A program made the translations under genes and the position numbers. The notes under the pieces are model-generated. The model made no database searches and was not told where the DNA came from. It saw only the letters and a list, made by a program, of their open reading frames with translations. A DNA stretch of 64,000 nt from Octopus sinensis (lineage: Eukaryota). Below are positions 12,388 through 25,649 of this stretch, piece after piece (the first letter of the stretch is position 1; each line of letters starts with the position of its first letter). Location of the stretch: assembly GCF_006345805.1 (NCBI RefSeq), contig NC_042998.1, positions 133,858,001-133,922,000 of the forward strand. Reading direction: 5' to 3'.

Positions 12388-12886
12388 TCTCTGAATCGAA
12401 CTGACAATTTTCATGCGATCTGAAGTATTGTATATGAAATATACTGAAACATTATAAAAATTCCTATTCGAATTAATAAAGCTTAGAACTTAAATGTCTT
12501 AGAAATATACGAAATAAACAAATTTAAACGTGAATCAATAATAAAATTAAATTATATTTTATTTCGAAGGCTTCGGAAGAATTGACTTTTATATGTAGAA
12601 TTTTAATAATTGCAGCATTTCAAATGAATACTGTGTTCAAATGTGTGCGTAGTTGTGGTGTGGTGCATGTGTGTGTGTATGCGCGCGCGCGCGTGTGTGT
12701 GTGTACATTTTGACATCACACACAATCTCCGTTGATATCTTATCATTCGTCCCAGTTGAAGTAAACCCGGACTGCTGAGGCGTCCCTCTTAAATGCATAG
12801 ATAAAGAGATGATTTTTTCTTGCATCTCCAAATATATTGGCTTATGTATGTATGTATGTATGTATGCATGCATGCGTATCTCTCTC

Positions 12887-12932
<46 letters not shown>

Positions 12933-12974
12933 ATATATTATATATATATATATATATACATATATCTATCTATC

Positions 12975-13395
<421 letters not shown>

Positions 13396-13755
13396 TTATA
13401 ATTATAGAATATTTGTATGACTTTACCAATAAAGGTTATTTTAACGTACCGATCTCCTTGGTAAAATTATTAATTAATTGATTGATTAATTAATTAATTT
13501 AATTGATCAATTTTACCCTTTTATTATTAATTTGAAATTATATTTATATACATATGTATATATATACACACACACATATATATATATATAATATACATAC
13601 ATATACACGCACATATGTGCGTGTATATTGTGTGTGTGTGTGTGTGTACGTGCGTGTGTATGTATGCATATACACATACACACAGACACAACACACACAT
13701 GCACACATACACACACATACATATATATATGTATACATAAAGATTTATACATTTA

Positions 13756-13814
<59 letters not shown>

Positions 13815-14410
13815 GTGCAATGGAACCGCTTGTTGTAAACAGGAACGTGGGATCAAAAACTTATTGCCATCAAAATGAGTAAGTCTCAAGCCCGTTCAGA
13901 GTATTGTTGTATCCACTATCAATACTACCAGTCGGTCGTTGTTATTTCAAAGACACCGCTAAAAGTTATCTTGAAAAGTGGCTTCTGTTGTATGAGTGTG
14001 TATGTGTGTGTATGTGTGTGTATGTGTAGTATCTGTATAAATAATATATTAATATATGCATATATATATATACATATATGTTCATACCTACATGTATATG
14101 TATATATACATGCATATATGGGTACACGACATCCATCGTCTTGTCTTAACAGCCCTCATCGTTTGTTTTTACTATTTTGTTCTTGTTTTGTCTTTTACTG
14201 TTTTTACCTTTTTATTGTTTTTACTGTTTTGTTCTCACTGTCCTGTTCTTGTTACCACTTTTACCCTCCGCAAAAAATCCCAAATTTTATTTAAATCTAC
14301 TTTGCGGGAAGGACTGTTTCAACAAAGTCACGTCTTGGCCTTTCCTTCGAAATGCAGAGTAGATGAAAAAGGGACAACTGAAGAAGGGGAATATTCCTTG
14401 TGTTGTATGT

Positions 14411-15145
14411 AACGATTGGGACCTGTGTCTGAACGTGTCAAAGTGCTGTCATCTGCCTGTCGGCTCTACTCCTGCAACTCAACTTGATTTCGAGCCGGGT
14501 CGTCTGCTGCTGGAGAGGACCGATCAGGTAAAGGACCTGGGTATCTTGGTGGATTCCTCCTTTTCGCCTTCGGCCCAGTGCGTCCATGCTGCCAACAAAG
14601 CGCGCGGAATTCTGTTTTTGATTCGACGGTCTTTCGGAATGCTCACAGCAGCCATATTCCTGCCACTCTATGTCACGCTGGTGAGACCCATATTGGAGTA
14701 TGGGATTCAAGCCTCTTCTCCTTATCTCCTCAAAGACATACAGCACCTCGAAAGAGTCCAGAGGCTGGCTACCCGCATGGTTCATGGTCTCAAAAATTTG
14801 TCCTACGAAGAAAGGCTGAGGACGCTCGACCTTTGTTCTCTTGAAAAACGCCGCCGCCGTGGTGATCTCATTCTCGCCCACAACATCATAAGCGGGAAGT
14901 GTAACCTCTCGAAAGAGCTGTTCTTCACTCCTGCTCCGGAGCGTCGGCTGCGGGGTCATTCCGAAAAGCTCTACCTGCGACGATTTCATCTCAATCGAAG
15001 GAGAGGAGCTTTCTCCGTCCGGGTTGCGGATCCGTGGAACAAGCTGCCAGACGAGATGGTGAAGATGCCGACGACCGCTTTGTTCAAAGCCTCCCTGGAC
15101 CTCAAGTGGCCTGAACTCTTTACAAGAACACCACCCTGTACTTAA
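14411..15145 (+). CDS. CR1-type reverse transcriptase C-terminal (thumb/connection) fragment, no native start
   Basis: WDLCLNVSKC, KDLGILVD, LYVTLVRPILEY, LERVQRLATRMV, SLEKRRRRGDLI, LRGHSEKL, FSVRVADPWNKLP. The ATG at 14363 lies in the flanking repeat. Confidence 0.85.
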   Translation, partial: NDWDLCLNVSKCCHLPVGSTPATQLDFEPGRLLLERTDQVKDLGILVDSSFSPSAQCVHAANKARGILFLIRRSFGMLTAAIFLPLYVTLVRPILEYGIQASSPYLLKDIQHLERVQRLATRMVHGLKNLSYEERLRTLDLCSLEKRRRRGDLILAHNIISGKCNLSKELFFTPAPERRLRGHSEKLYLRRFHLNRRRGAFSVRVADPWNKLPDEMVKMPTTALFKASLDLKWPELFTRTPPCT

Positions 15146-15215
15146 CTCCATGTCCCCCTACATGGCCTTGCTATTTGCTTTTGAGCCAAATTAACTAACT
15201 AACTAACTAACTAAC
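14411..15215 (+). mobile_element. 5'-truncated CR1-clade LINE with a (TAAC)6 tail
   Basis: GC-rich block with the CR1 RT C-terminal ORF, a short 3' UTR, (TAAC)6 at 15192-15215, and ATGT duplicated at 14407-14410 and 15216-15219. Confidence 0.93.
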
Positions 15216-15657
15216 ATGTCTTGTACTCTGTTTTTTTTTCGTAGTTTGAAAAAAGTTCGTTTCTATGTTTTTGTTTTTATATTTTCGTTTCTCATTGTGT
15301 TCCACGTTTTTTGATGTCCTGTACCCATATATGCATGCATATACATATATATATATATATAATTAAGATTCAGTTGAATTAGGTACTTGAATTGAGACAC
15401 CTTGCTAGTTTGGTATAATCTGCACACCCCAACAATATTATTTGAATATTGAATATCAAGACTCCGAGTAGGGATATTGGTATCCAATATTCCTGGTGTG
15501 TGTGTAGACAACGTAACCCAGCTAGGGGAAGATATCCGCACTTGGTAATTCAAGCATATACTTTGCATAAATGTACTTTATATAATATTTCCGAAGTGCA
15601 AATTCCAAGTTAAGTGAACAGAATATAAATCAGTGACAAAGATGTACAGTTGTCAAT

Positions 15658-15744
15658 TCATTACGGCCGTTTCAAGCGGCTCCATTTAATTGATTAATGA
15701 AAACATTGCATCAACTTGAAAGAAACTGTTTTCGTCAGATGACC
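15658..15744 (-). ncRNA. Type I hammerhead, left-arm copy
   Basis: Minus strand: GGTCAT-CTGACGA-...-GAAA-CGGCCG-TA|ATGA; 4-bp stem I, base of stem II degenerate. Confidence 0.7.
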
Positions 15745-16802
15745 GGTTACACTTCGAACATAAAGGATAAAACATTTTTTAAATAAATTTACATCAATAA
15801 TGGAAACCAAAATATTTATATTGTTCCCTTTTGTTATATCTGTAGCAGAATGAGTTTAGAAAATAATGCATATATAATTTACTAGAAATGGGAATCCTTA
15901 TTTTAGTATATTTTTTAAATCATGCAATATTCATGAAATGTTTACATGCCCAAATCGGTTTATGTATCCCTTATACATTTCGTATACCGCTAATTCAATT
16001 ACCCCTTATATACGATACGATACGATATTTTACGATATCTCATACTTATCCACTCGTAATGAGAATAGTTCCTTTTATTGCTTTAAAATATATCATGTAC
16101 TTCTATGATAATCTAATTCCATTATACATTATTTTAGAATGTCTTTATCATGACCTTCTAAACAATATGCTTAAAATATTCTTAATAGTTGTTCTTATAT
16201 ATTAAAGTATCCCATTATTAGGCTTTAAGATAATTTCTATCCTTTTTTTATACATTGATTTAAATTTTCTCAATTTAATATTATAAATTTTCTAGGTTAT
16301 AAATTACTTCCTCTCGTATCATTCAGTTCCAATTTCCACCCTAAAGTTTATATTACTTATCTCTTTTGGTTTTTCATTATATTCCAGTTGGCCACTCTTG
16401 TCCTTCTTTCGTCCAGTTACAACTCCTTGCCCATCAGACATTCTCTTACTACCTACACTTTTATGTAGATAAAGCTAGATATATAGTCCCAGTATATTGG
16501 GCGTCTAGTAGATTGTCAGACAGTAATTGATTTATCACCATTAACTAGAAAAATGGTTGAAGACTACATATTACATAAAGACTTCTAAATATAAGTAACT
16601 ACGTCACCACTCCTTTTATCTTAATCCCCACTATTTCCTCTGCTACTCTCTAAATTATAGTAGGTTTAAAAAGGTAAGCATTATTTTCTAAACTCATTCT
16701 GCCACAGATATAACAAAAGGAAACAATCTAAATATTTTGGTTTCCATTATTGATGTAAATTTGTTTTTAAAATGGTTTATCCTTTATGTTTGAAGTCTAT
16801 GC

Positions 16803-16890
16803 GGTCATCTGACGAGAACGGTTTCTTTCAAATTGATGTAATGTTTTCATTAATCAATTAAATGGAGCGGCTGAAACGGCCGTAATGACC
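16803..16890 (+). ncRNA. Type I hammerhead, right-arm copy
   Basis: GGTCAT-CTGACGA(16809-16815)-...AATTGAT.TAATG tttt CATTA ATCAATT...-GAAA(16873-16876)-CGGCCG-TA|ATGACC. Perfect 6-bp stem I and palindrome ACGGCCGT; base of stem II imperfect. Confidence 0.82.
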
Positions 16891-16910
16891 TGACACCTGC
16901 ACATATTAGT

Positions 16911-16939
<29 letters not shown>

Positions 16940-16944
<5 letters not shown>

Positions 16945-17228
16945 TACTCGTTGAGAAATTATAGGTTCTGCTGGCTAGGATACATATGTAACCTGGATTT
17001 TACCGGCTCCATTCCCTCAATTTGGATTTTTATTCGCGTTCAGAGCAACCCTAGTTGCTAACTATGAACTATAAAAAAAAAACATTTTTCAGCTTATCGA
17101 ACATCGATATGGGGAAAACCTACAACCTTCGACGCCAATAAACTATTATTATTCCTGAAAGTTGTTTTCTGTATCTACTACGGAGTGCTCGAAGGTTACT
17201 GACTCCCTTGGATCTTACACTTAGTACC
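16940..17228 (+). mobile_element. Relic of the 1235-1659 family: degenerate hammerhead 3' half plus tail
   Basis: GATACATATGTAACC at ~16979; the tail is homologous to the reverse complement of 1235-1458. Confidence 0.65.
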
Positions 17229-17229
17229 A

Positions 17230-17490
<261 letters not shown>

Positions 17491-18905
17491 CAGAATCACG
17501 CCTTATAAAATTACAATGCTCAAGATCAGAAAAAAACGTCAATCAGGTCGATTAAAGAGTCTTAATCTGTTTGATCTACTGCTTTTGATTGTTGTTTTTG
17601 TCGATATTTTGTTTGTGTTGTTTTATGTTTGTAATTTAAATGATTGTTCCTTAAGCTCAGAATAGCACGATATAAAAAGGAAGATATGCTTATTTAGAAT
17701 GATTTCTACCTAAGGCGAAGTCTACAGTCTTCTAAAAATGGCTGTCCGACGCAGGATTGTAAATAGAAATCTATAAAGTAACAAAAAGGTGAACGAAGGT
17801 CTAGTCAGAATATTGTATACACAAGCACAGATGTAAACACAAATAAAATCCGTATATACAGGCATGGTGAGCATAGTGTTCGCCCTAGGAAATGGCAGTG
17901 AAGTAGCGAACCGTCTTTCTAGTTTTTGTTACAACTGTGTAGGTATGCTGAAACTCTTTCAGAAAGGCATGAACCTCTCAACTCTACCCCATTACCAATC
18001 TCTTGAATTTTATGTTGTTTATCACTCTCTGTTGATAGATTTTTCAGATCAATATTGAGCCAATGATACGTTATTTGTATGCGTGATAAAATCGGATATA
18101 TACGTACACACAAAAAAATCATATGCGTATACATATGTGTGCCCGCACGCGTAGTATATGTGTATGCATATGTGCATGTAGTATTGTATGGATGTTTGTT
18201 GTATGCCTATATAATTTACAGATTTATCCAATCTTATATGCAAACGTATTTCATAATAGATATTTGTTCCATTTTATTTATGTAACTCAAATGAAACTAA
18301 AGATTGCTTCTTTTTCTTCTGTAATCGAAGATTTCTATCACCATATAAATAATCCTGAAGGAATATCTATATTTTAGAGATCTTTTCTTCTTTAGCTGTC
18401 GCAAACCATTTCAAGTTCTCCATATTAGAGCATCGCATTATTTGCGGTGTACTAAATCTTTGATCTGCCGAAATATTGAATCTACCTGTAAGGCTCTTCT
18501 TAGAAACGCATCACATATTAAAATTATATGCATAAATTCTAACATTGATTCGAACTAAAATATCAAAAAAAAAATACCTGTGGCATACCGTCGTATCTTC
18601 TTGGGAAATGGAAATATTGAGATTAGCACTGTAACTAGCAGCGATTGAAGCACTCAGTAATTATACAGTGCTCCCGCAACTTTCAACAGAATTTTACTCT
18701 CAGATGTTTATTTTGTCTACTTGCATGTTCCTCGACATTGGAAGTTAAATGCTTTCCATGAGATATATTTCGAACAATTAATACCTAAACGACGAAAATG
18801 TTCTTAAAAATCGGTGTTTAAATCTGCTTTGAGGTGGGCGGGAGACCAAATTAAACCAGAAATGGTGTTGAACGTTCATATTTTACATAAATAATTTAGT
18901 AGCGT

Positions 18906-19120
18906 AAGCAGTGAGCTGGCAGAAACGTTAGCATGCCGCACGAAATACTTACCAGTATTTCATCTGTCTTTATGTTCTGAGTTCAAATTCCGCTGAGGTC
19001 AACTTTGCCTTTCATCCTTTCGGGGTCGATAAATTAAGTACCAGTTGAGTACTAGGGTCGATCTAATCGACTTCTCCCTCCCCAAAATTTTGGGTCTTGT
19101 GCCTAGAGTAGAAAAGAATA
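18906..19120 (+). mobile_element. SINE family A
   Basis: Head and core match. Confidence 0.88.
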
Positions 19121-19289
19121 TAGTAGTGTAAGCTGCTGTAGTATAAAATCCTGCAGAGTAAATCGGTGCCGTATAAAATCTAACCATAGTTTTTGGGGGG
19201 TTTTTTTTCAATTTACTAACCACGCTGTGAAATATTTTTTTTAAATGTTTATATCTATTTTAAAGAAATAGTGTATCTAAAACTACATT

Positions 19290-19532
19290 AGTACTTATTC
19301 TATCAGTCTTATTCTATCGGTCTCTTTTGCCGAACCGTTAATTACGGAGACGTAAACACACCAGCATCGGTTGTCAAGCGATGTTGGTGGGACAAACACA
19401 GACATACAAACATATACACACATACACATATATATACATATATACGACGGGCTTCTTTTCAGTTTCCATCTACCAAATCCACTCACAAGGATTTGGTCGG
19501 CTCGAGACTTGCCACGCAGTGGGACTGAACCC
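19290..19532 (-). mobile_element. tRNA-derived SINE family B (partial)
   Basis: Reverse complement of the family B body with its internal microsatellite. Confidence 0.82.
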
Positions 19533-19713
19533 GTATCCTTAATTTTCTCTAAACATTATAATTTGATTTGAAGGATATTTGGCTACTGTTACTTACAGGT
19601 CGAACGTCTGTGTTCTGTATCACACCGTTACTACAATTATAAGTGCTATAGATGCTACTCTTTCTGGTAGTTGTTCATGTTATCATAAACAACTTTATAG
19701 CTATACTCTTTAC

Positions 19714-20099
19714 TCTTTTACTTGAATCAGTCATTTGACTGCGGCCATGCTGGAACACCGCCTTTTAGTCGAGCAAATCGACCCAGGACTTATTCCTTGT
19801 AAGCCTACTACTTATTCTATCGGTCACTTTTGCCGAACCGCTAATTTACGAGGGCGTAAACACACCAGCATCGGTTGTCAAGCGATGTTGGTGGGACAAA
19901 CACAGACACACAAACATATACATACACACACATATATATATACATATATACGACGGGGTTCTTTTCAGTTTCCATCTACCAAATCCACTCACAAGGCTTT
20001 GGTCGGCCCGAGGCTATAGTAGAAGACTCTTGTCCAAGGTGCCACGCAGTGGGACTGAACTCGGAACCTTGTGGTTGGCAAGCAAGCTACTTACAGCCG
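19714..20099 (-). mobile_element. SINE family B (full length)
   Basis: tRNA-like head GGTTCCGAGTTCAGTCCCACTGCGTGGCACC, internal (TA/TG)n, tail GACTGA..CAAGTAAAAGA. Confidence 0.9.
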
Positions 20100-21147
20100 T
20101 GATATATATAACATTGAGGTATCACACCATTGAGAGATACTATGCTGTATGTTTTTATAGTGATGCCCTATAAAATATTCTGAGATAGATATCGGTTTTA
20201 TTTACTTCCATGTAATATTTCTGTTACGTTCATAACATAGCTCTCTTGTTACCATAGCAGTAAAACCGAAATTACAAGTGAAGATATTAAACTCTGAGGC
20301 AGTCTACTGAAGAGACATATGTAACTCTCGCCTGGTATACGAAATTTCTAGATATTGTGATATTCTTGCCTGATTACCAAAATGTTGCAAAGCTCCAACT
20401 TATATCGATATTTCAATTGCAAAAATTGAGAAAAGAGAAAATATTATTGATTTTATTTGTATCAATCTTTTAATAATTTTCTTTGCCTTCCGATTCAAAT
20501 TTCTGCTCGATTATTACGTTCCAAGCTATTCTGCAAAAATCGTTTGTACCCATAAATATATGTTGGTACGTTGATGCTATTTAGCACTTTATCGAGCAAG
20601 TCTGTGATTAAAAAAATTCCAGTTGTGAAATTCCCAACAAAACATATCTAGAATGACATTATACAACGTGAACTTTATTAAAAAGACAGCAGAGTGTGCG
20701 TTCAGAGAGATTTAGCTGCTAATTCTAGTGGGTCGTGCCGCAGCAAGACGCTACCTTCATTAAGTTTGTAAGTATGATGATATTGTACAACGCAGTGAAT
20801 TATGAGTAATAATACTATTAGTGTATATTGCAGCGTAATTTAGTGTAAGTGTGGTACACGTATTAATGTGATATTGCCTCGTAGTAGCAACCCTCTCGGA
20901 TGTTCCAGCATTTCCATATTAACTGTTTACTTTTATATGACTATGGATGAAATCCATTTTTCTCTGATCTTGTTTGCGAAGAGAAAGGTAAATTTACCAA
21001 ACTGCAGGCAATAGTGTGATAGTTTTGGTCCCATTCGTATGTATGGAAACATTAAGTTTTCATATTTTCTAGAGTAGCACCCGTGTGCTCTTCATTCAGA
21101 AGGAATATGTTTTTGCATCGAAAACGCTTCTCTATTAGAAGATAATA

Positions 21148-21500
21148 GAGAGGTTCTCAACCATATTTTTTTTATGTATGGACCTCTTTGATTACTATTT
21201 TATTCTGGTGGACTCCCATAGTCATTAAATATTTCAAAACTAGTTTTATAGATGCTTCTTTCAAAATTCCTATTTTGTTTTTCACACATTAACTTGTATA
21301 GGTTGAACTATGGAAAAGGTTAGAGGAAGAAAACTAACTGTTTCTTGCAATATATACCAATACATACATCTAAAGCAAAATTTTTTTAGGGGCGCTTAAA
21401 ATATTATTGTGGATCCCCAATTTACTACCTTGTTATGTGGACCCCCCAAAATCTTATATGGGCCCTCAGGAGCCGTATGGACTCCGGTTGAAGACCACTG
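21148..21500. mobile_element. hAT/Charlie-like MITE
   Basis: Imperfect TIRs GAGAGGTTCTCAACC and GGTTGAAGACCACTG; no clear TSD. Confidence 0.55.
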
Positions 21501-21544
21501 CTCTACGCGATCGTTCGACTCGCAAGAAATATATATCAAATTGC

Positions 21545-22240
21545 CTAAAGTTAAATGGAAGATAACCTCTCAGAGACTTTTTTTACAGATACAACATTCC
21601 TGTTTAGAAGGATATGACTTCGTTATTTAGGAATAGGAGATAGCAACTACTAAATACCTGATCAATAAAAGAGATCCCAAACTCTCTATAGCGGCGGGAA
21701 AATATCGATTGTGCTATACTAAAATTAAAGATATCACATCAGCAGCAGGAATGAAAATGTTTCCAAGGTATTCCCTTCACATGCAAAAAGACATTGTTGC
21801 CAAAAGCAGCCTATGATGTTGTCCGTAGAAAGTATTGACTCGGCCATAATACTAAAGCCACACTTTAACTAGAATATATCTATGCCTTTAAAAATGCTGA
21901 ATACTGGTAGAACTCACCAATGAAAAAACATCAACCCGGCGCAAACACAACATATTTGATATTGTTCTACGAGACAGAGAAAAATAGTTATGTACTCTTA
22001 TCGAATTCGGTTTCCCAGCGGATGTGAATGTCCCGTCAAATCTAGGAGAACATTTATAAATGCAAAATTTTAGTTCTTATATCCCGGCTATAGATTCTCA
22101 TTTGTAATTATAATCATTATAGCTGCTCTGGGTTATGTGACAGCAGATTTGCATAGAAGCTTGGGAATGGCGAATCTAACCGACGTTGCAAAACATTTCA
22201 AAACTTTTCATTTAAATTTTCGAGAATTAACATAAACACA
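21545..22240 (+). mobile_element. Decayed R4/Dong-type (restriction-like endonuclease) non-LTR retrotransposon C-terminus
   Basis: LEGYDFVI*E*EIATTKYLINKRD, KYRLC, DIVAK, EYW*N, KHNIFDIVLRD..LCTLIEFGFPADVN and IIIAALGYV match the A-QEQ-I, CCHC and PD-(D/E) layout of R4/Dong ORFs. Confidence 0.75.
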
Positions 22241-22503
22241 ATCACATCTGGACATCTGGCATGCACACAAACATACATAGATAAGTAATCGTATACACTT
22301 GTATACTTCAACAGACATGCACGCCCAATACATAAGTAAAGTTTATTCATACGTGCACCTACATATATATATATATACATACATTAAACCACATATACAC
22401 AAATCTCTGGAAATACTATGACTCAAAGTAGCCTTGTCATTTTGTTAGTGACTCTGGTTTAAATTCTGCAAAGAAACTAAATTATTAAATTTCAAAGAAA
22501 AAA

Positions 22504-22539
<36 letters not shown>

Positions 22540-22551
22540 GTATATATATAC

Positions 22552-22597
<46 letters not shown>

Positions 22598-22778
22598 GTA
22601 TATATACAATATATGTGTATATATGTGCATATATATATATACGTTTATATATATATTATAATACAATACACACACACACATATAAATATATATATCTGTG
22701 TATTTGTGTGTGTGTGTGTGTGTGTGTGCCTCTATGTGTGTTTGTGTGTGTGCCTCTGTGTGTGTGCACGCGCGCCTC

Positions 22779-22810
<32 letters not shown>

Positions 22811-23385
22811 TGTGTCTCTGTGTGTGTATGTGTGTGTGGCTCTGGTTCCGATAGATTAGAGGGATTCTTCTTTCCGTTCATTACTTTCATTGTACTTTCC
22901 CATCTCCGCCACTTTCAAACAACGAAATCCTGTGATAGCCTTTGTTGTCTCTGCTGATACCATTTTTAAAGGGTGGCAGTGCTTTTAATTTATTTATTTA
23001 CATATTTATTGAACTTTTTGTTCTTCTTGTGAATATTTGCATTTATTTGTTTAATAATTCTTTCTGTATTTTTCGTTTTATGTATTTTTTTTATTTGTTT
23101 CATGTTCATTTAGTTTTATTATTATATTTTTTTTTAGTATTATTTGCATTTTATTTTCTTGTCTCTCATAAGGTTCAAAGCTAAAACAACGCCTTCTGCT
23201 TTTTCAATATGGTATCCCCTTTATATCAAACAACCGTCCCTCCTCCCTACCCTTTCTTCCTCTTCTCCCTTTCTTCCACATTCTGGCATTGCCATTACCT
23301 AACTCTATCAAGGCTCAGCTAAGCTCTCCCTCTATCTCTCTCCATTTGTATACACATACATACATACATACATACATACATACGT

Positions 23386-23421
<36 letters not shown>

Positions 23422-23580
23422 ATAATTATAGTGACACTGGCTGTTTCTCTTTGCCTATGTCTTTCTGTATATCTCTATATTTCTTCCCCTTCCGTTTTTC
23501 ACCCCCTTCTCTCTCACTCTCACTTTCCCCCCTATCTTTCTCTCTCTCTCTATCCCTATCTCTCTCTCTCTCTTTCTCTT

Positions 23581-23611
<31 letters not shown>

Positions 23612-23789
23612 TTCTTTCTCTTTCACTCTTATAATCATCTTGATAGTTCCTGCACTTTTCAATTTTAACCGTCTCATCATAATGTTTTCGGTGATACCCA
23701 AATCTTTTGATGTGGAACCATATTTCGCCAAACCAGTCACCAGCATTATGGTCAATAATCTCGGAACTGGAGAAGGCATCGAGTGCATT

Positions 23790-23811
23790 TTATCGCCATA
23801 TTTTTTCTCCT

Positions 23812-23843
<32 letters not shown>

Positions 23844-24776
23844 TATTGCTACTGTTTTGGAGGGGATTTTTTGCTTTGTTTTAGAGGGTGGGGGTTGCTA
23901 TATGTGCAGCTGCTTATGTCGTGTACGTTGTAAAGTCTGTTACTATTGTAATGTTGTCGTTGTTGTTGTTGTTGTTGTTATTATTATTGTTGTTGTTGCA
24001 ATTTCAGATGCAATTTCTTTTGTTCTTGCTGTCGTTGTTGTATTTATTATTATTATTGATGCTGGTGGTGGTGGTGGTGCTGGTGGTGGTGCTGGTGTCG
24101 ATGGTAGTGACAGTGGTCATGGTTTTGAGTTCTTGGTATTTAACCCTAGGCCAACTTTTACCGGAAAGAATTTGTAGTCAACAGCAACCCAATCGTGAAC
24201 ATCTCGTCTGTTTCAAGGATATCTAGAACTACTTAATCTAGAACAGTATTTTCCTTTCAAAGATGTGAAGGGGGTAATATGAGGGAGGTTTGGTTATTAT
24301 TTCCAGCAGATCGAGAGACCACGTTAAGGTCCACTCTCTTAATAACAGTGGTGGTGATGCTATGGTTTTTGATGTAGTTGTGTTCTTGATGTTGCCATTG
24401 TCAGCGTTGTCGTCGTGGGGCAAATTGTTATGTTATATGTTGTTTTTATTATTGTTTTTTATTTGTTATGCATCAACTGACTGCACTCCATGCTTTAAAG
24501 TATAACACTGATGACATTGATAACGATGATGATGAAAAGGAGGGAGGGAGGAGGAAGAGAGGAGGTGGTAGAGGTAGTGGTGGTGGTGGAGGAGGAGGAG
24601 GAGGAAGTGGAAGAGGAGGTGGAGGAGGATGTGGAGGAGGAGGGTGATGGTAGTAGTAATAGCGGTAGTAATTGTGTTGTTGTAGTGGTAGTGGTGGTAG
24701 TAGCAATAGTAGTAGTAGTAATGACGGTAGCAGTGGTGGTGGTGGTGGTGGTGCTAATTATGTCAGTTTATCATCA

Positions 24777-24842
<66 letters not shown>

Positions 24843-25110
24843 TTGCCAGTATTTGCCATGAAGGGGCTTTTCTTGCCATCTGAATAATAATAATAATAAT
24901 AATTTTAAAGAATGTGGTTGTGTTAGGCCGAAACAATGCGAGAAGTTACAAAGTAAACTTGAAAAGGAAAACAAAACAGTACAAAGTAGCAGTTTTACCT
25001 TGTATTTCTATATTTCGGGGTGAAGATCCCATCTTCAGGACATCCGAAAAAGCGGTAGCTGGTAAAGGTTGTTTAAAGATGATGATGATGATGATGATGA
25101 TGATGATATT
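23790..25110. repeat. Cluster of trinucleotide microsatellites (CAT, GTT, GGT, GGA, AAT, GAT)
   Basis: Direct. Confidence 0.9.
25004..25043 (-). ncRNA. Candidate minimal type I hammerhead
   Basis: Minus strand: ATGTC-CTGAAGA-TGGG atcttca CCCC-GAAA-TA-TA|GAAAT; stem I 4 of 5 pairs, ATAT palindrome. Confidence 0.45.
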
Positions 25111-25649
25111 TTTTTTTGTTCTTAATTTGGTCACAAAGGTCTCAAGACGTTGAGGGCAATACGAAGGCAAAATGTGTTGGAAGACGGTAAAGAGAATACA
25201 GTGAGGTGGGGATTTAAATTTACATTAACATTGAAAATAAAGACACATTAATACATAGCTTTAATAGTATTACGATGCTGCTGCTGTTGATGCTACTGCT
25301 ACTACTACTGCTATTACTACTGCTACTACTACTACCACCACCACCACCACTACTACTACAACATATGACAGGAATAATAATGCTTTATTTACCTCAAGAG
25401 TTTAACAAAACGATTGAAGAAGGTACTCAACGAGAAAATTTGGGATTATACATAAAAACAATGTGGAAGCAAAGAAGATAATGAAAACCAACCTCACCCA
25501 CCCCCCCTAAAAAAATCAAAGAAAATTCCTTAGAAAGAAAGAAATCTCCAATCGGCTACTGATAGAGATCCTACAAAACAAAATCACGGTCACTTTGACC
25601 ATTAAATCAAGTAACCACTCCCCCATTCAGTCCTTTACTGGAAAATACT

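Larger units (their letters stand above)
14030..15345 (+). mobile_element. Family D element with an inverted 3'-end copy at its 5' side, interrupted by a CR1 LINE
   Basis: 14100-14131 is the reverse complement of 15313-15344; the family D sequence resumes exactly after the LINE. Confidence 0.8.
15361..16904 (-). mobile_element. Penelope-like relic with ~225-bp inverted arms, each carrying a hammerhead
   Basis: 15642-15870 versus 16679-16904 are imperfect reverse complements. The 3' tail runs to 15361 and ends in (AT)n. The interior has weak RT-like remnants. Confidence 0.78.

Noticed and set aside
14330-14400. Family D as a complete type II hammerhead (CCTTC-GAAA...CTGAAGA-AGGGG)
   Set aside because: No credible stem III or stem I pairing between GAAA and the core in either copy.
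17861-17941. Possible 81-nt exon (AG...GTATGC) encoding GMVSIVFALGNGSEVANRLSSFCYNCV
   Set aside because: Weak polypyrimidine tract, no recognisable homology and no partner exons; needs RNA-seq.
20318-20345. CTGAAGAGACATATGTA, a collapsed hammerhead
   Set aside because: Stem II and GAAA are missing and there is no stem I; at best a relic.
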